This document shows positions 47,019 to 55,366 of a stretch of 64,000 bases of DNA, piece after piece; position 1 is the first letter of the stretch; each line of letters starts with the position of its first letter. This DNA comes from Bacilli bacterium (GTDB lineage: Bacteria > Bacillota_I > Bacilli_A > RF39 > UBA660), in contig JAFYYX010000001.1 in assembly GCA_017548925.1 (NCBI GenBank), positions 828,658-892,657 on the forward strand, written 5' to 3'. The notes under the pieces were generated by a model. That model did not search any database. It was given only the letters and a program-made list of their open reading frames with translations, and had not been told where the DNA came from. The translations under genes and the position numbers were made by a program.

Positions 47019-48789
47019 CAGAACCAAATGAATCAAGTTCTTCAGCAGTAGCTACAACATTTATTCTTAAACGTTTAGAACCACATACAAATAAACCTTC
47101 ACCTTGGTTATAGAACTTAATACCTTCTTTTTCGCTTTCATTTAAATCTATTAATAAAGCAAGATCATCAACAGCTTGTTTTTTAAGTCCCATAATTAAA
47201 TAATATGAGGCATTATCAAATATTGCTTTACCATGCATAATCATGTTAGGTGCAGCAAAGTCTGTTGGTTGTTGTGTAATAATAATTGTACCAGTATTAT
47301 ATTTTCTAGATCTTCTTTGAATTTGCGCTAAGAATTCAGCACCAAGTTCATTATGACTAGAAAGTAGTACATGAGCTTCATCAACATATAGAATTGTATT
47401 AATTGATTTATCAAGTGTTAATCCCCAAGCGTACTTAAGTACGTTGAAGAATAATGCATTTTTGATATTTTCATCACTATTAATAATTTCTTTAATATTA
47501 AATACAATAAAATCTGATTGAATATTAAGTGATGTATGACCTGTAAAGTAATATCTAAGTTCTTTAACAAGTGGTCTAATTCTTAGTTCAAGTCTTTCCA
47601 TAACATCTCTTTCATGAGTTTGATCAGTCATTGAAAGAAGTCTACCTTTAATAGTTGCATAAACATCATCAAATGTAGGATAATCTTCTGACTTAAATTG
47701 TGTAAAATCAGAATCAAAATCTATTTTATAACGTTTATAAGTATCTTGAACTACTTCACTAAACATTGCAAGAACATCTTCTTCAATGTTTGGTACATAG
47801 TATTTCATAAATGCTTTTAACTCTTGAAGAGTTCTAGTTAAGATTGTGTAACCTAAACCATCAGCAATATCTTCTTCATCAGCATCAACAACAACTTCAA
47901 GTGGGTTAATCATACCAAATTGTCCACCCTTACCTAAACTTACGAAGTCTCCACCAAAATTTTTGGCCATTTCTTCAAGTTCACCTTCAGGATCGATACA
48001 AACAACTTTACAACCATTTCTTAAATGAGTTCTAACTAATAATTTAGCAGAAGTTGATTTTCCTGAACCTGATGTACCAAGCATAATCATGTTAGCATTA
48101 TTTCTATTATGTTCTTTTTTAATTTGATATAAAAACTGATTAAATAATATAACTCCACCTGAGAAATCAGCTCCAAATAAGCATGAATCTCCAGGATCTT
48201 TAACACTATCGAATACAAATGGATACATTGCTGCAATTGTTGGAGAAGGAATTGGAATACCAACCCTTTCCTCGATATCTTGTTTAGGGAAAATAGGAAT
48301 TATTGATTTTAACACTTTTTCTTGTTCAAACATTAGAGAAACCGCTCTCATGCCCATAGCATCAAGATAGCCTCTTACTTGCATTTTTTTCATTTCCAAA
48401 TCTTCTTTACTATCAGCAGTTATCATTAGATGAAGTTGAAAATCAAAGTTTCTTGATTGAGTAGATGCAAGCATTGATACAAAATCTTGTAACGATTCAA
48501 TGTCTAGACGATATCTTTCACGAAGAGTATTATCCCTTTCATTTTGATATCTCAACTTTAAATCTGCAATTTCTTTATTAATCATTTTTTGCATTACGGA
48601 AAATTGAATAGGAATATGTTTAATAACGGCTTTAACGCCATTAACAGAGGTAATGTCTGATAAAAAACCTACACCAATAATATTAGGGTATGATACAACT
48701 GTCATTATTGTACAGAACTTATTTCCAATTGAAAACTCAGTTGGTCTAAAATTTAAACCTTTAGGTGCAATTTCATTTTTCAATTTCAT
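47005..48789 (-). CDS. VirB4/TrbE/CagE-family conjugative ATPase.
   Basis: Walker A MIMLGTSGSGKST. Walker B ILYVDEAHVLL. Overall DUF87/AAA_10 architecture. 594 aa. Confidence 0.85.
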   Translation of the reverse strand: MKLKNEIAPKGLNFRPTEFSIGNKFCTIMTVVSYPNIIGVGFLSDITSVNGVKAVIKHIPIQFSVMQKMINKEIADLKLRYQNERDNTLRERYRLDIESLQDFVSMLASTQSRNFDFQLHLMITADSKEDLEMKKMQVRGYLDAMGMRAVSLMFEQEKVLKSIIPIFPKQDIEERVGIPIPSPTIAAMYPFVFDSVKDPGDSCLFGADFSGGVILFNQFLYQIKKEHNRNNANMIMLGTSGSGKSTSAKLLVRTHLRNGCKVVCIDPEGELEEMAKNFGGDFVSLGKGGQFGMINPLEVVVDADEEDIADGLGYTILTRTLQELKAFMKYYVPNIEEDVLAMFSEVVQDTYKRYKIDFDSDFTQFKSEDYPTFDDVYATIKGRLLSMTDQTHERDVMERLELRIRPLVKELRYYFTGHTSLNIQSDFIVFNIKEIINSDENIKNALFFNVLKYAWGLTLDKSINTILYVDEAHVLLSSHNELGAEFLAQIQRRSRKYNTGTIIITQQPTDFAAPNMIMHGKAIFDNASYYLIMGLKKQAVDDLALLIDLNESEKEGIKFYNQGEGLFVCGSKRLRINVVATAEELDSFGSGGGL

Positions 48790-49394
48790 TATGCCATCAC
48801 CGTCCCAAAAGTTGTAGTTACTCCCCCATTTAGGAAGTTATCTAAAATCATTCTTAAATCATCGTTTGTTACTTGTGAGGAATTAAGAGAAGAACTTGCT
48901 AAACCGCTTATTATATTATGAAGTTTCTTTTGAAGAATCTCCATTTTCTTTTCTTTAAACAAAATAAAATACTCTGTATCAACAACATTATATTCTACAC
49001 CCATAAATTGATTAGCTTTACTTATATCTTGCATAATCATTTTTCTTGTATATTGATCATGGGATTTATTATACATAATTTGTAAATTAGCTAAATAAGC
49101 GTTTATATCAACGGGTCTATCAGCAACTATAAGCCAAAATTCAAAATCAACAGAATTATAAAAATTTCTTAAGTTATAAACGATAGAATCCTGCTGACCT
49201 TTTTCCAACATAAATATATTTTTTGGGTACACTTTTACACCTGTAACAAAATAACCATCATCTGTAGTAATAATACCATTAGCAATTTGCTTAACAGGTA
49301 ACCAATCATTAGTAAATTGAATATTAATTTTCTTCTTCACTAGTAGCACACCAACCTTTCCAACAATACATTCTACTTTTTGTATAATAATCAT
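48789..49394 (-). CDS. Hypothetical protein translationally coupled to virB4.
   Basis: 201 aa. Its stop overlaps the virB4 start as TAATG. It may supply the N-terminal module that the short VirB4 lacks. Its own start is uncertain because it overlaps the upstream ORF by 71 nt. Confidence 0.5.
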   Translation of the reverse strand: MIIIQKVECIVGKVGVLLVKKKINIQFTNDWLPVKQIANGIITTDDGYFVTGVKVYPKNIFMLEKGQQDSIVYNLRNFYNSVDFEFWLIVADRPVDINAYLANLQIMYNKSHDQYTRKMIMQDISKANQFMGVEYNVVDTEYFILFKEKKMEILQKKLHNIISGLASSSLNSSQVTNDDLRMILDNFLNGGVTTTFGTVMA

Positions 49395-49641
49395 AAAAAT
49401 TTGTTAATAACTGCATTACATTATGATAGTGAGGAACTGGTAATACTAGTAGGGCTGAAATAAGTCCAGGCAGTATTACCAATATTAAAAGTTTAATAGT
49501 AGATGTCTGTACTAAAAACAAAAGTATTAATGTAAATGCAACGCCCATTAAGAATACTACTAAATCAACAGCTGTAAAATATCCAAGTATTAACATTGAT
49601 TTTTTAGAGTTTGCAGGTATTAAATATTGATTTTCTTCCAC
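49324..49641 (-). CDS. VirB3-like small membrane protein.
   Basis: 105 aa with two adjacent TM helices (LILGYFTAVDLVVFLMGVAFTLILLFL and LLILVILPGLISALLVL). It sits immediately upstream of virB4, as ConD/Orf17-type proteins do. Confidence 0.55.
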   Translation of the reverse strand: MEENQYLIPANSKKSMLILGYFTAVDLVVFLMGVAFTLILLFLVQTSTIKLLILVILPGLISALLVLPVPHYHNVMQLLTNFYDYYTKSRMYCWKGWCATSEEEN

Positions 49642-49659
49642 TTTTTATTCCTCCTTATA

Positions 49660-51945
49660 CTACTTTTTACCATCATTTCTAGAAGCCAAATGCTTTTTAG
49701 AAGCAGCATCAAGTTTACTCATGCCATCTAAAGCTCTATTTCTAGAAGCTTGTAATTCATTTAGTTCTTTTTGATCTTTTAAAAATTTATCCATTTCTTT
49801 TTGAATATCAAATAATGTTCCTCTACAACCTACACCATTTTCGTCATCATATGGAATTTCTTTTTGTAATGATCTATTCTTTTCACCCTGTGCATTTGCT
49901 GCTTTTATTGCATCTCCTAAATCTTTAATAGCAGAAAATTTTGCACTAGAATCAATAGGAGTATACCCTGAAGTTCCATCAAATTTTTCGCCAAGTTTCT
50001 TATACTGTTCTTTTACAAGATCAAAGTTAGCTTTTGCATTTTTGAGTTCAACATCATCACCGGAATAATCAACTGTTCTACCATATTGGTCAACATTATC
50101 ATAATAATAACCAGCTAATTTTTTCTGTAATTTAGTATTCTCTGTAATAATTTTCTGCATCATTTCTTCAGGAAGACCTTGTTGTAAAAGTTTATTAGTT
50201 TCAGCGTTAATTGCATCAATAGATGCAGAGTTTAATGCAGCTTTTGAAGCAGAATAAGTCCATGTTTTTAAAGCTTCATTATATTTTGCAGAAAGGACAC
50301 CAGTAGTAGTTACTTTAGAATCAACTTTACCTACTTTTTCCTTACAAATATCCATTATTGTCTTTTGAGCATCAGCATAAGCTTTATCCCTTTCAATGAC
50401 AGGATCATGATCATCATTAATTTGTTTTAGATAATTATCGGCTGCTTTTTTACGAGCTTGAATCTTTCTTTCAAGTGCTTCGTTCTTATAATAGAAATCA
50501 AGTTCGTTTCCTTGTTTCATTTCTTCATATAATGAAGGCGCACCCATATTGTTACGTAATCTATTAAAAGTACCCTTACTTAATTTACCAAATACAGAAG
50601 AGTTTTTATAATCACTTGTAGAATACCATTGTTGATTAGCCATTTCATAGTCAAATGCGTATCCAGAACGTTTAAAACCACCTCTAAAGCCATTTACAAC
50701 ACCACCAGCACTCGTCATGAAGTTTCTAAATGGACTACCATGGTCACCGCGAACTCTTTCACCAATTTTTCTCGCACGATTAGCATAATGATATCCAGCA
50801 GCAGCACCAGCGATTTTGTCAATTGGTTTAATAACAGGAGCAAGAGATTCTTTAAATTCATTAAGGCGTTTGGATAAACTAAACCCATTTTCACCAAAAT
50901 CAATTCCAAATATATCAGATATTAGTTTTGGCGCTTTCTTAATAAACATACAAATACCCATAAATATAAATAATTTAGCAAAAGCTACAACAGATGTTGA
51001 TGAACCTTTAAATATAACAGCAGAAGAATCATCAAAATAATGCTTTATTAATTGAATTAAGTAAACGCCAAACACAATTATGAATATTTTAATAAAGACT
51101 TCAAGAAATGTTTTTATTGTTTCTTTAAACCAAGCCTTAAAAGCTTTATCCTGTCCTGGAATCATTAAAAGAAGTGATGGTAACGGAGCAATAATTTGTA
51201 GGAAACACAACTTAATAGTTCTAAGCCCCATATCAATACAATATACTAATAAAACATAAATTATAAATAATCCAGCTATTCCAGATAAACCAAAATTATA
51301 TTGTATCTTATTTCCTCCACCCTTTTCATTCTTAACATTTTCAGCTAATAACGGTTGAAACATTTTTATATCATTATAGGCATATACACCTTTTTCAGCC
51401 TCAATATAAGAATCTTGCAACTCTTTATTAGTTACAGGATCTTTAACATAAAACATAGTTTCAAAAATTGTAATGGAAAATTCTGATAAGTTAGTTTCCG
51501 AATTATTCATTGGTGCAGTACTAGTGCTGAACAAAATCTTAGGAATTACATTATTATTGACAACAGATTTTTGAACAGCAAAAGCAAAATTAAAAATTGT
51601 AGGAACAAAAACAACAGCAAGAATTGATAGAATAAAGTTTTGAATAAGTTTATATGCAGACATATTTCCTTTAGATAAGTTATCAGGATTTATTATTATT
51701 GTTATAAATGTATAAGCAGCAATGAATAGTGCGACGATACCAACAATAAGGTACATTCTTTGAACAAATTCAGCAACTTTATCTGCAGTTAAAATTCTTG
51801 CCTTAGCAATTGTTATAAAAACAGAATATAGCCATGAAATTATGCCATATATAATGGAATCTATAGCTAAACACAGCTTCATGAATGAAGATACTACATC
51901 TTCTCTAATCAAATCAAAGGCTGCATCCAAAATTTGAATATTCAT
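49660..51945 (-). CDS. VirB6/TrbL-like polytopic membrane protein with a large C-terminal soluble domain.
   Basis: About 370 aa with 6-8 TM helices (FLQIIAPLPSLLLMIP and others). The next ~390 aa are hydrophilic and coiled-coil. 761 aa, comparable to ConG/TcpH. Confidence 0.65.
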   Translation of the reverse strand: MNIQILDAAFDLIREDVVSSFMKLCLAIDSIIYGIISWLYSVFITIAKARILTADKVAEFVQRMYLIVGIVALFIAAYTFITIIINPDNLSKGNMSAYKLIQNFILSILAVVFVPTIFNFAFAVQKSVVNNNVIPKILFSTSTAPMNNSETNLSEFSITIFETMFYVKDPVTNKELQDSYIEAEKGVYAYNDIKMFQPLLAENVKNEKGGGNKIQYNFGLSGIAGLFIIYVLLVYCIDMGLRTIKLCFLQIIAPLPSLLLMIPGQDKAFKAWFKETIKTFLEVFIKIFIIVFGVYLIQLIKHYFDDSSAVIFKGSSTSVVAFAKLFIFMGICMFIKKAPKLISDIFGIDFGENGFSLSKRLNEFKESLAPVIKPIDKIAGAAAGYHYANRARKIGERVRGDHGSPFRNFMTSAGGVVNGFRGGFKRSGYAFDYEMANQQWYSTSDYKNSSVFGKLSKGTFNRLRNNMGAPSLYEEMKQGNELDFYYKNEALERKIQARKKAADNYLKQINDDHDPVIERDKAYADAQKTIMDICKEKVGKVDSKVTTTGVLSAKYNEALKTWTYSASKAALNSASIDAINAETNKLLQQGLPEEMMQKIITENTKLQKKLAGYYYDNVDQYGRTVDYSGDDVELKNAKANFDLVKEQYKKLGEKFDGTSGYTPIDSSAKFSAIKDLGDAIKAANAQGEKNRSLQKEIPYDDENGVGCRGTLFDIQKEMDKFLKDQKELNELQASRNRALDGMSKLDAASKKHLASRNDGKK

Positions 51946-51974
51946 AAAAACCTTCTCCTTTCTTTTTTTGCTTA

Positions 51975-53171
51975 TTAAAGGCCAGGAATACTTGGAAATT
52001 CACATTTGCCTTGTGCTCCTAATAAAGTTAACAAATAACTTATTATTATCGGAAGCATAAATAATAGTAACGCAAATATAAGTCTAATTATAGTTTTTTT
52101 GTTAGTTTTGCTTATTAAATCTGCATCAGAAGAAGCAATAACTTTAACATAATCAATAATAGAAACGACAATTAGAATAAGTGGCGCTAAAAATTTTATA
52201 AATTTAAAAGTCTTATCCAAATAATAAGCAAAATCACCTGCTTTACTTGGATCACCAAGAATCTTTTGACATTGATTTTTTGCATTTGAAGAATCACTAG
52301 AAGTATCGGTTGAATCAATTATTTTAAGAGCTTTACTAGCTAAGCTAGTTAAATTTTTGAAAAATGTTCGCTTTTCAGTATCAGTATTTGCTTCATAGCA
52401 AGTTCCACCCTCACTATATCTATCAATAATTAATTGTGTAGGAGTCTTGTAATCAGCATTTTTAAACTTTTTAATGTAATTACTATGTTTAGAATAATTA
52501 TTAACTATATTATCAAAAGTATAATAAAATTCATTAAGTATACTTTCTTCCATGCATTCAGACGAAATTAAAGATGATGCATTGTTTTTTACAGCAGAAT
52601 GTTTTAAAACTCCAATAACAGCAAAGCAATCAGTACCAACGCAAGTGAAAATATTTGAAGTAATAGATTTCTCAATATCATGAGCTCTGCTAACTAAATT
52701 ATTCATAGATATCTGAGTAGCATACATTTGTAATTTAAGAAGCGTTTTTTGTTTTTCTAATCCAGAAGTTAATATAGCTATTTGAGGTGGACATGTACCA
52801 TAACTATCTAAATATGACAAAAGATTTTCAGTTTCAGATTGTGTAATGGTTTTAGGAGATTTCCATCCGGTTTCGGTGTAATATAAAAATCCATCTTTAA
52901 TTGTACCAGATGAGCCAACAGTTACTTGCGCACCTCCTGTAAAAGTTTGTTTAAATTGTGAAATAAATTTATATCCTGTTGTAGTATTAGGTTTGATATA
53001 TATAATAGCATTTTCATCAGAATTTTTAGAGTTACCAATTTGCCAAGAAATTCCTTCATAATAACACAAAGTTTTATTAATATCTAAACCACCACCACGG
53101 CCAGCATATACATTTTTTATTCCTAAAACTAAGGCACAAATTGTAATAGTAATTAAAACCTTAATTTTCAT
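51975..53171 (-). CDS. Secreted Cys-containing protein with a C-terminal VirB2-like double-TM module.
   Basis: Signal peptide MKIKVLITITICALVLGIKNVYA. The C-terminal ~85 aa, FLAPLILIVVSIIDYVKVIASSDADLISKTNKKTIIRLIFALLLFMLPIIISYLL, is paralogous to the 127 aa protein. Confidence 0.6.
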   Translation of the reverse strand: MKIKVLITITICALVLGIKNVYAGRGGGLDINKTLCYYEGISWQIGNSKNSDENAIIYIKPNTTTGYKFISQFKQTFTGGAQVTVGSSGTIKDGFLYYTETGWKSPKTITQSETENLLSYLDSYGTCPPQIAILTSGLEKQKTLLKLQMYATQISMNNLVSRAHDIEKSITSNIFTCVGTDCFAVIGVLKHSAVKNNASSLISSECMEESILNEFYYTFDNIVNNYSKHSNYIKKFKNADYKTPTQLIIDRYSEGGTCYEANTDTEKRTFFKNLTSLASKALKIIDSTDTSSDSSNAKNQCQKILGDPSKAGDFAYYLDKTFKFIKFLAPLILIVVSIIDYVKVIASSDADLISKTNKKTIIRLIFALLLFMLPIIISYLLTLLGAQGKCEFPSIPGL

Positions 53172-53192
53172 AATTACACCTCATTTCATTTA

Positions 53193-54557
53193 TTATTTTG
53201 AATTTTTAATATAATAGTCGCAAGCATCATCACCTGCAAAGCATAATGCACATTTTTTAAAATCACCATTACTCGCAGTTCTATCTTTATCACTTTGTGC
53301 AAATGATATAATTGAATTAATAATAGTTGGAATTAAGAATATTACCAATCCGATAATAATCTTCTTAATAAATAATTGTGTTGTTTTTTCAATCGCATCT
53401 TGGTTATCAGCAAATGCTGCTTTTCCATAATCAATAGAACCATAAATTATTAAAAGTATAGGAACCAATATTTTTGCTATTGTAATAATAATATGAATTA
53501 TTTTAAGTGTTTTTAAAACTGCTGAATCGTCACAAAATGTAAATGGTTTATCAGCCGCTTCATTATACTTTTGCTTACATAAAGCAGAATTTGGATTTAG
53601 CTTACAATATCCATATGTTCCAGGGATATTAGGGTTTCCAGAAGACCCTGAATTAGTTTCTTTATCATACAAGGAAACAGCTGAAAAATATATGTTACCA
53701 TCAATATGATAAGCTCTATAAAGAGGAATTGATCTAGTTTCAAACGCTGTATGGACCTCATATGTTATAGGCATAACAGTATCTTTAACATCATTATAAG
53801 TATAATATGTCTTTGAGGTACAACAATAGCCTCCATTTTTGCATTTAAAATCTTGAATTCTTATATTACTATTAACTTGTTCTGAATTAATATATGGTAC
53901 AACTTCAAACGCAGTAGCAATCATCTTATATAGTCCCATTGTTCCACTTTTAGCAATAACCTCATAATTAATCGCTAGTTTATCCCCATGATAATTATTT
54001 TCTTCATCACCATAATAACACATAAGTTTACCAGTTTTATAACAAGAATTTGCACTAACAGTATATGACTTTGAAACTAAGGAATCAATATTAGATCCAG
54101 CAGTATTTAATGTAATATTTGTGATTTTATATTTATCACTAGAAGTTTCATTATATAAAATACCTAGTTGAGGACATTCTTTTAGCTTTTCAATTGCACT
54201 TTTCTTGCTTCCATTAACAGTGTAATTATAAATATCAAAAGGACCAGTAACATTATATCCACCAGTAACTTTATCTATAGAAAATTTGCTTCCTTCAATA
54301 GAAAATGTGACATTCGTAGTAAGAGAATTTACTTCATTTACCGGATCTGTAATTGTCATAACCAAATTTTGATCTTTAGTATCAGTCAATTGAGACGAGC
54401 CGGAAGCAAAAGATGCCTTGCCATAATCATCAAAAGAAACAACATTCCTCATAACATTACTCAAAGAATACTTACATGTCTTTGTTTCAGCAAATACATT
54501 GTTTTTCATAAAAAAGAATGAAAATATCATTATTAATAAAAGGCTTTTTTTCTTCAT
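53193..54557 (-). CDS. Secreted Cys-rich protein with a C-terminal VirB2-like double-TM module.
   Basis: Signal peptide MKKKSLLLIMIFSFFFMKNNVFA. 16 Cys. The C-terminal part, IIITIAKILVPILLIIYGSIDYGKAAFADNQDAIEKTTQLFIKKIIIGLVIFLIPTIINSII, has the same motif as the 127 aa protein. Confidence 0.6.
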   Translation of the reverse strand: MKKKSLLLIMIFSFFFMKNNVFAETKTCKYSLSNVMRNVVSFDDYGKASFASGSSQLTDTKDQNLVMTITDPVNEVNSLTTNVTFSIEGSKFSIDKVTGGYNVTGPFDIYNYTVNGSKKSAIEKLKECPQLGILYNETSSDKYKITNITLNTAGSNIDSLVSKSYTVSANSCYKTGKLMCYYGDEENNYHGDKLAINYEVIAKSGTMGLYKMIATAFEVVPYINSEQVNSNIRIQDFKCKNGGYCCTSKTYYTYNDVKDTVMPITYEVHTAFETRSIPLYRAYHIDGNIYFSAVSLYDKETNSGSSGNPNIPGTYGYCKLNPNSALCKQKYNEAADKPFTFCDDSAVLKTLKIIHIIITIAKILVPILLIIYGSIDYGKAAFADNQDAIEKTTQLFIKKIIIGLVIFLIPTIINSIISFAQSDKDRTASNGDFKKCALCFAGDDACDYYIKNSK

Positions 54558-54611
54558 AAAACTTACACCTACACTTATTACATAATTATACCAAAAAAAA
54601 TATTGAAAATA

Positions 54612-54644
54612 AATAAAAAAACAACCTGTTTGGTTGTTTTTTAA
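54612..54644 (-). terminator. Intrinsic terminator or attenuator downstream of the VirB2-like gene.
   Basis: A 10 bp stem, aaaaacaacc/ggttgttttt, with loop tgttt, flanked by an A-run and a T-run. Confidence 0.55.
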
Positions 54645-54650
54645 ATCTAA

Positions 54651-55034
54651 TTATTTATTTGCTTCTTGAACAGCACTGCTACAACTTGATCCATTTGGAG
54701 ATGTAACACATTTTTGGCAAACATTATATCGATATTTTTTTCCATTTTCAGAACTACCATCTAAGTCTTTGAAACTATCAATTAAATTGAAAATAGCTCC
54801 TACTAAGAATGGAATGAAGAAAATAACAACACCAGCAATTAATCTTTTAATTAATGTTTGAGTTGCTTTTTCAACAGCATCATCTTTTGACGCAATAACT
54901 GCCTTTCCTAAATCAATCATACCAAAAACAATTAATAAAATTGGAATAACAATTTTAAAAACCATTAAAATTCTACCAACTAATTGCCAAATTGGTGAAG
55001 ATTGAACACAAAATGCTAAATCACCTAATAACAT
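54651..55034 (-). CDS. VirB2-like candidate conjugative pilin (small two-TM protein).
   Basis: 127 aa. TM1 is ILMVFKIVIPILLIVFGMIDLGKAV. It is followed by DDAVEKATQTLIKRLIAG, then TM2 VVIFFIPFLVGAIFNLI, then a Cys-containing tail. Confidence 0.55.
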   Translation of the reverse strand: MLLGDLAFCVQSSPIWQLVGRILMVFKIVIPILLIVFGMIDLGKAVIASKDDAVEKATQTLIKRLIAGVVIFFIPFLVGAIFNLIDSFKDLDGSSENGKKYRYNVCQKCVTSPNGSSCSSAVQEANK

Positions 55035-55126
55035 ATAAAATCTCTCCTTCTTACTAGTTATATATTACATTATTTTTATAATTTCGTCAAGTTTTCTTAT
55101 CATATTTGTTAAATAGATGTATATTG

Positions 55127-55366
55127 CTAAAAAGTGCTTTGCATATGTTGAATTAATGCATCAATTACCTTTTCATTTTTTTCATACTCAATAAGTTCAA
55201 GAGTATCAATTCCATCATCAGTATTTATTACTTTAAAAAAATATAATGTATCGTCAGTATCATCATCTGATGAAGCTGCGAAATATTTTACACCTTCATA
55301 AGTAACAGAATCAACAAGATTAAAACTTAATCCATTTTCTAAAGTTACATTTTGACCTTTTTTCAT
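55127..55366 (-). CDS. DUF1292 (UPF0473)-family small acidic protein.
   Basis: 79 aa. NVTLENGLSFNLVDSVTYEGVKYFAA...DDTLYFFKV...DDGIDTLELIEYEKNEKVIDAL fits the DUF1292 pattern. Confidence 0.55.
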   Translation of the reverse strand: MKKGQNVTLENGLSFNLVDSVTYEGVKYFAASSDDDTDDTLYFFKVINTDDGIDTLELIEYEKNEKVIDALIQHMQSTF

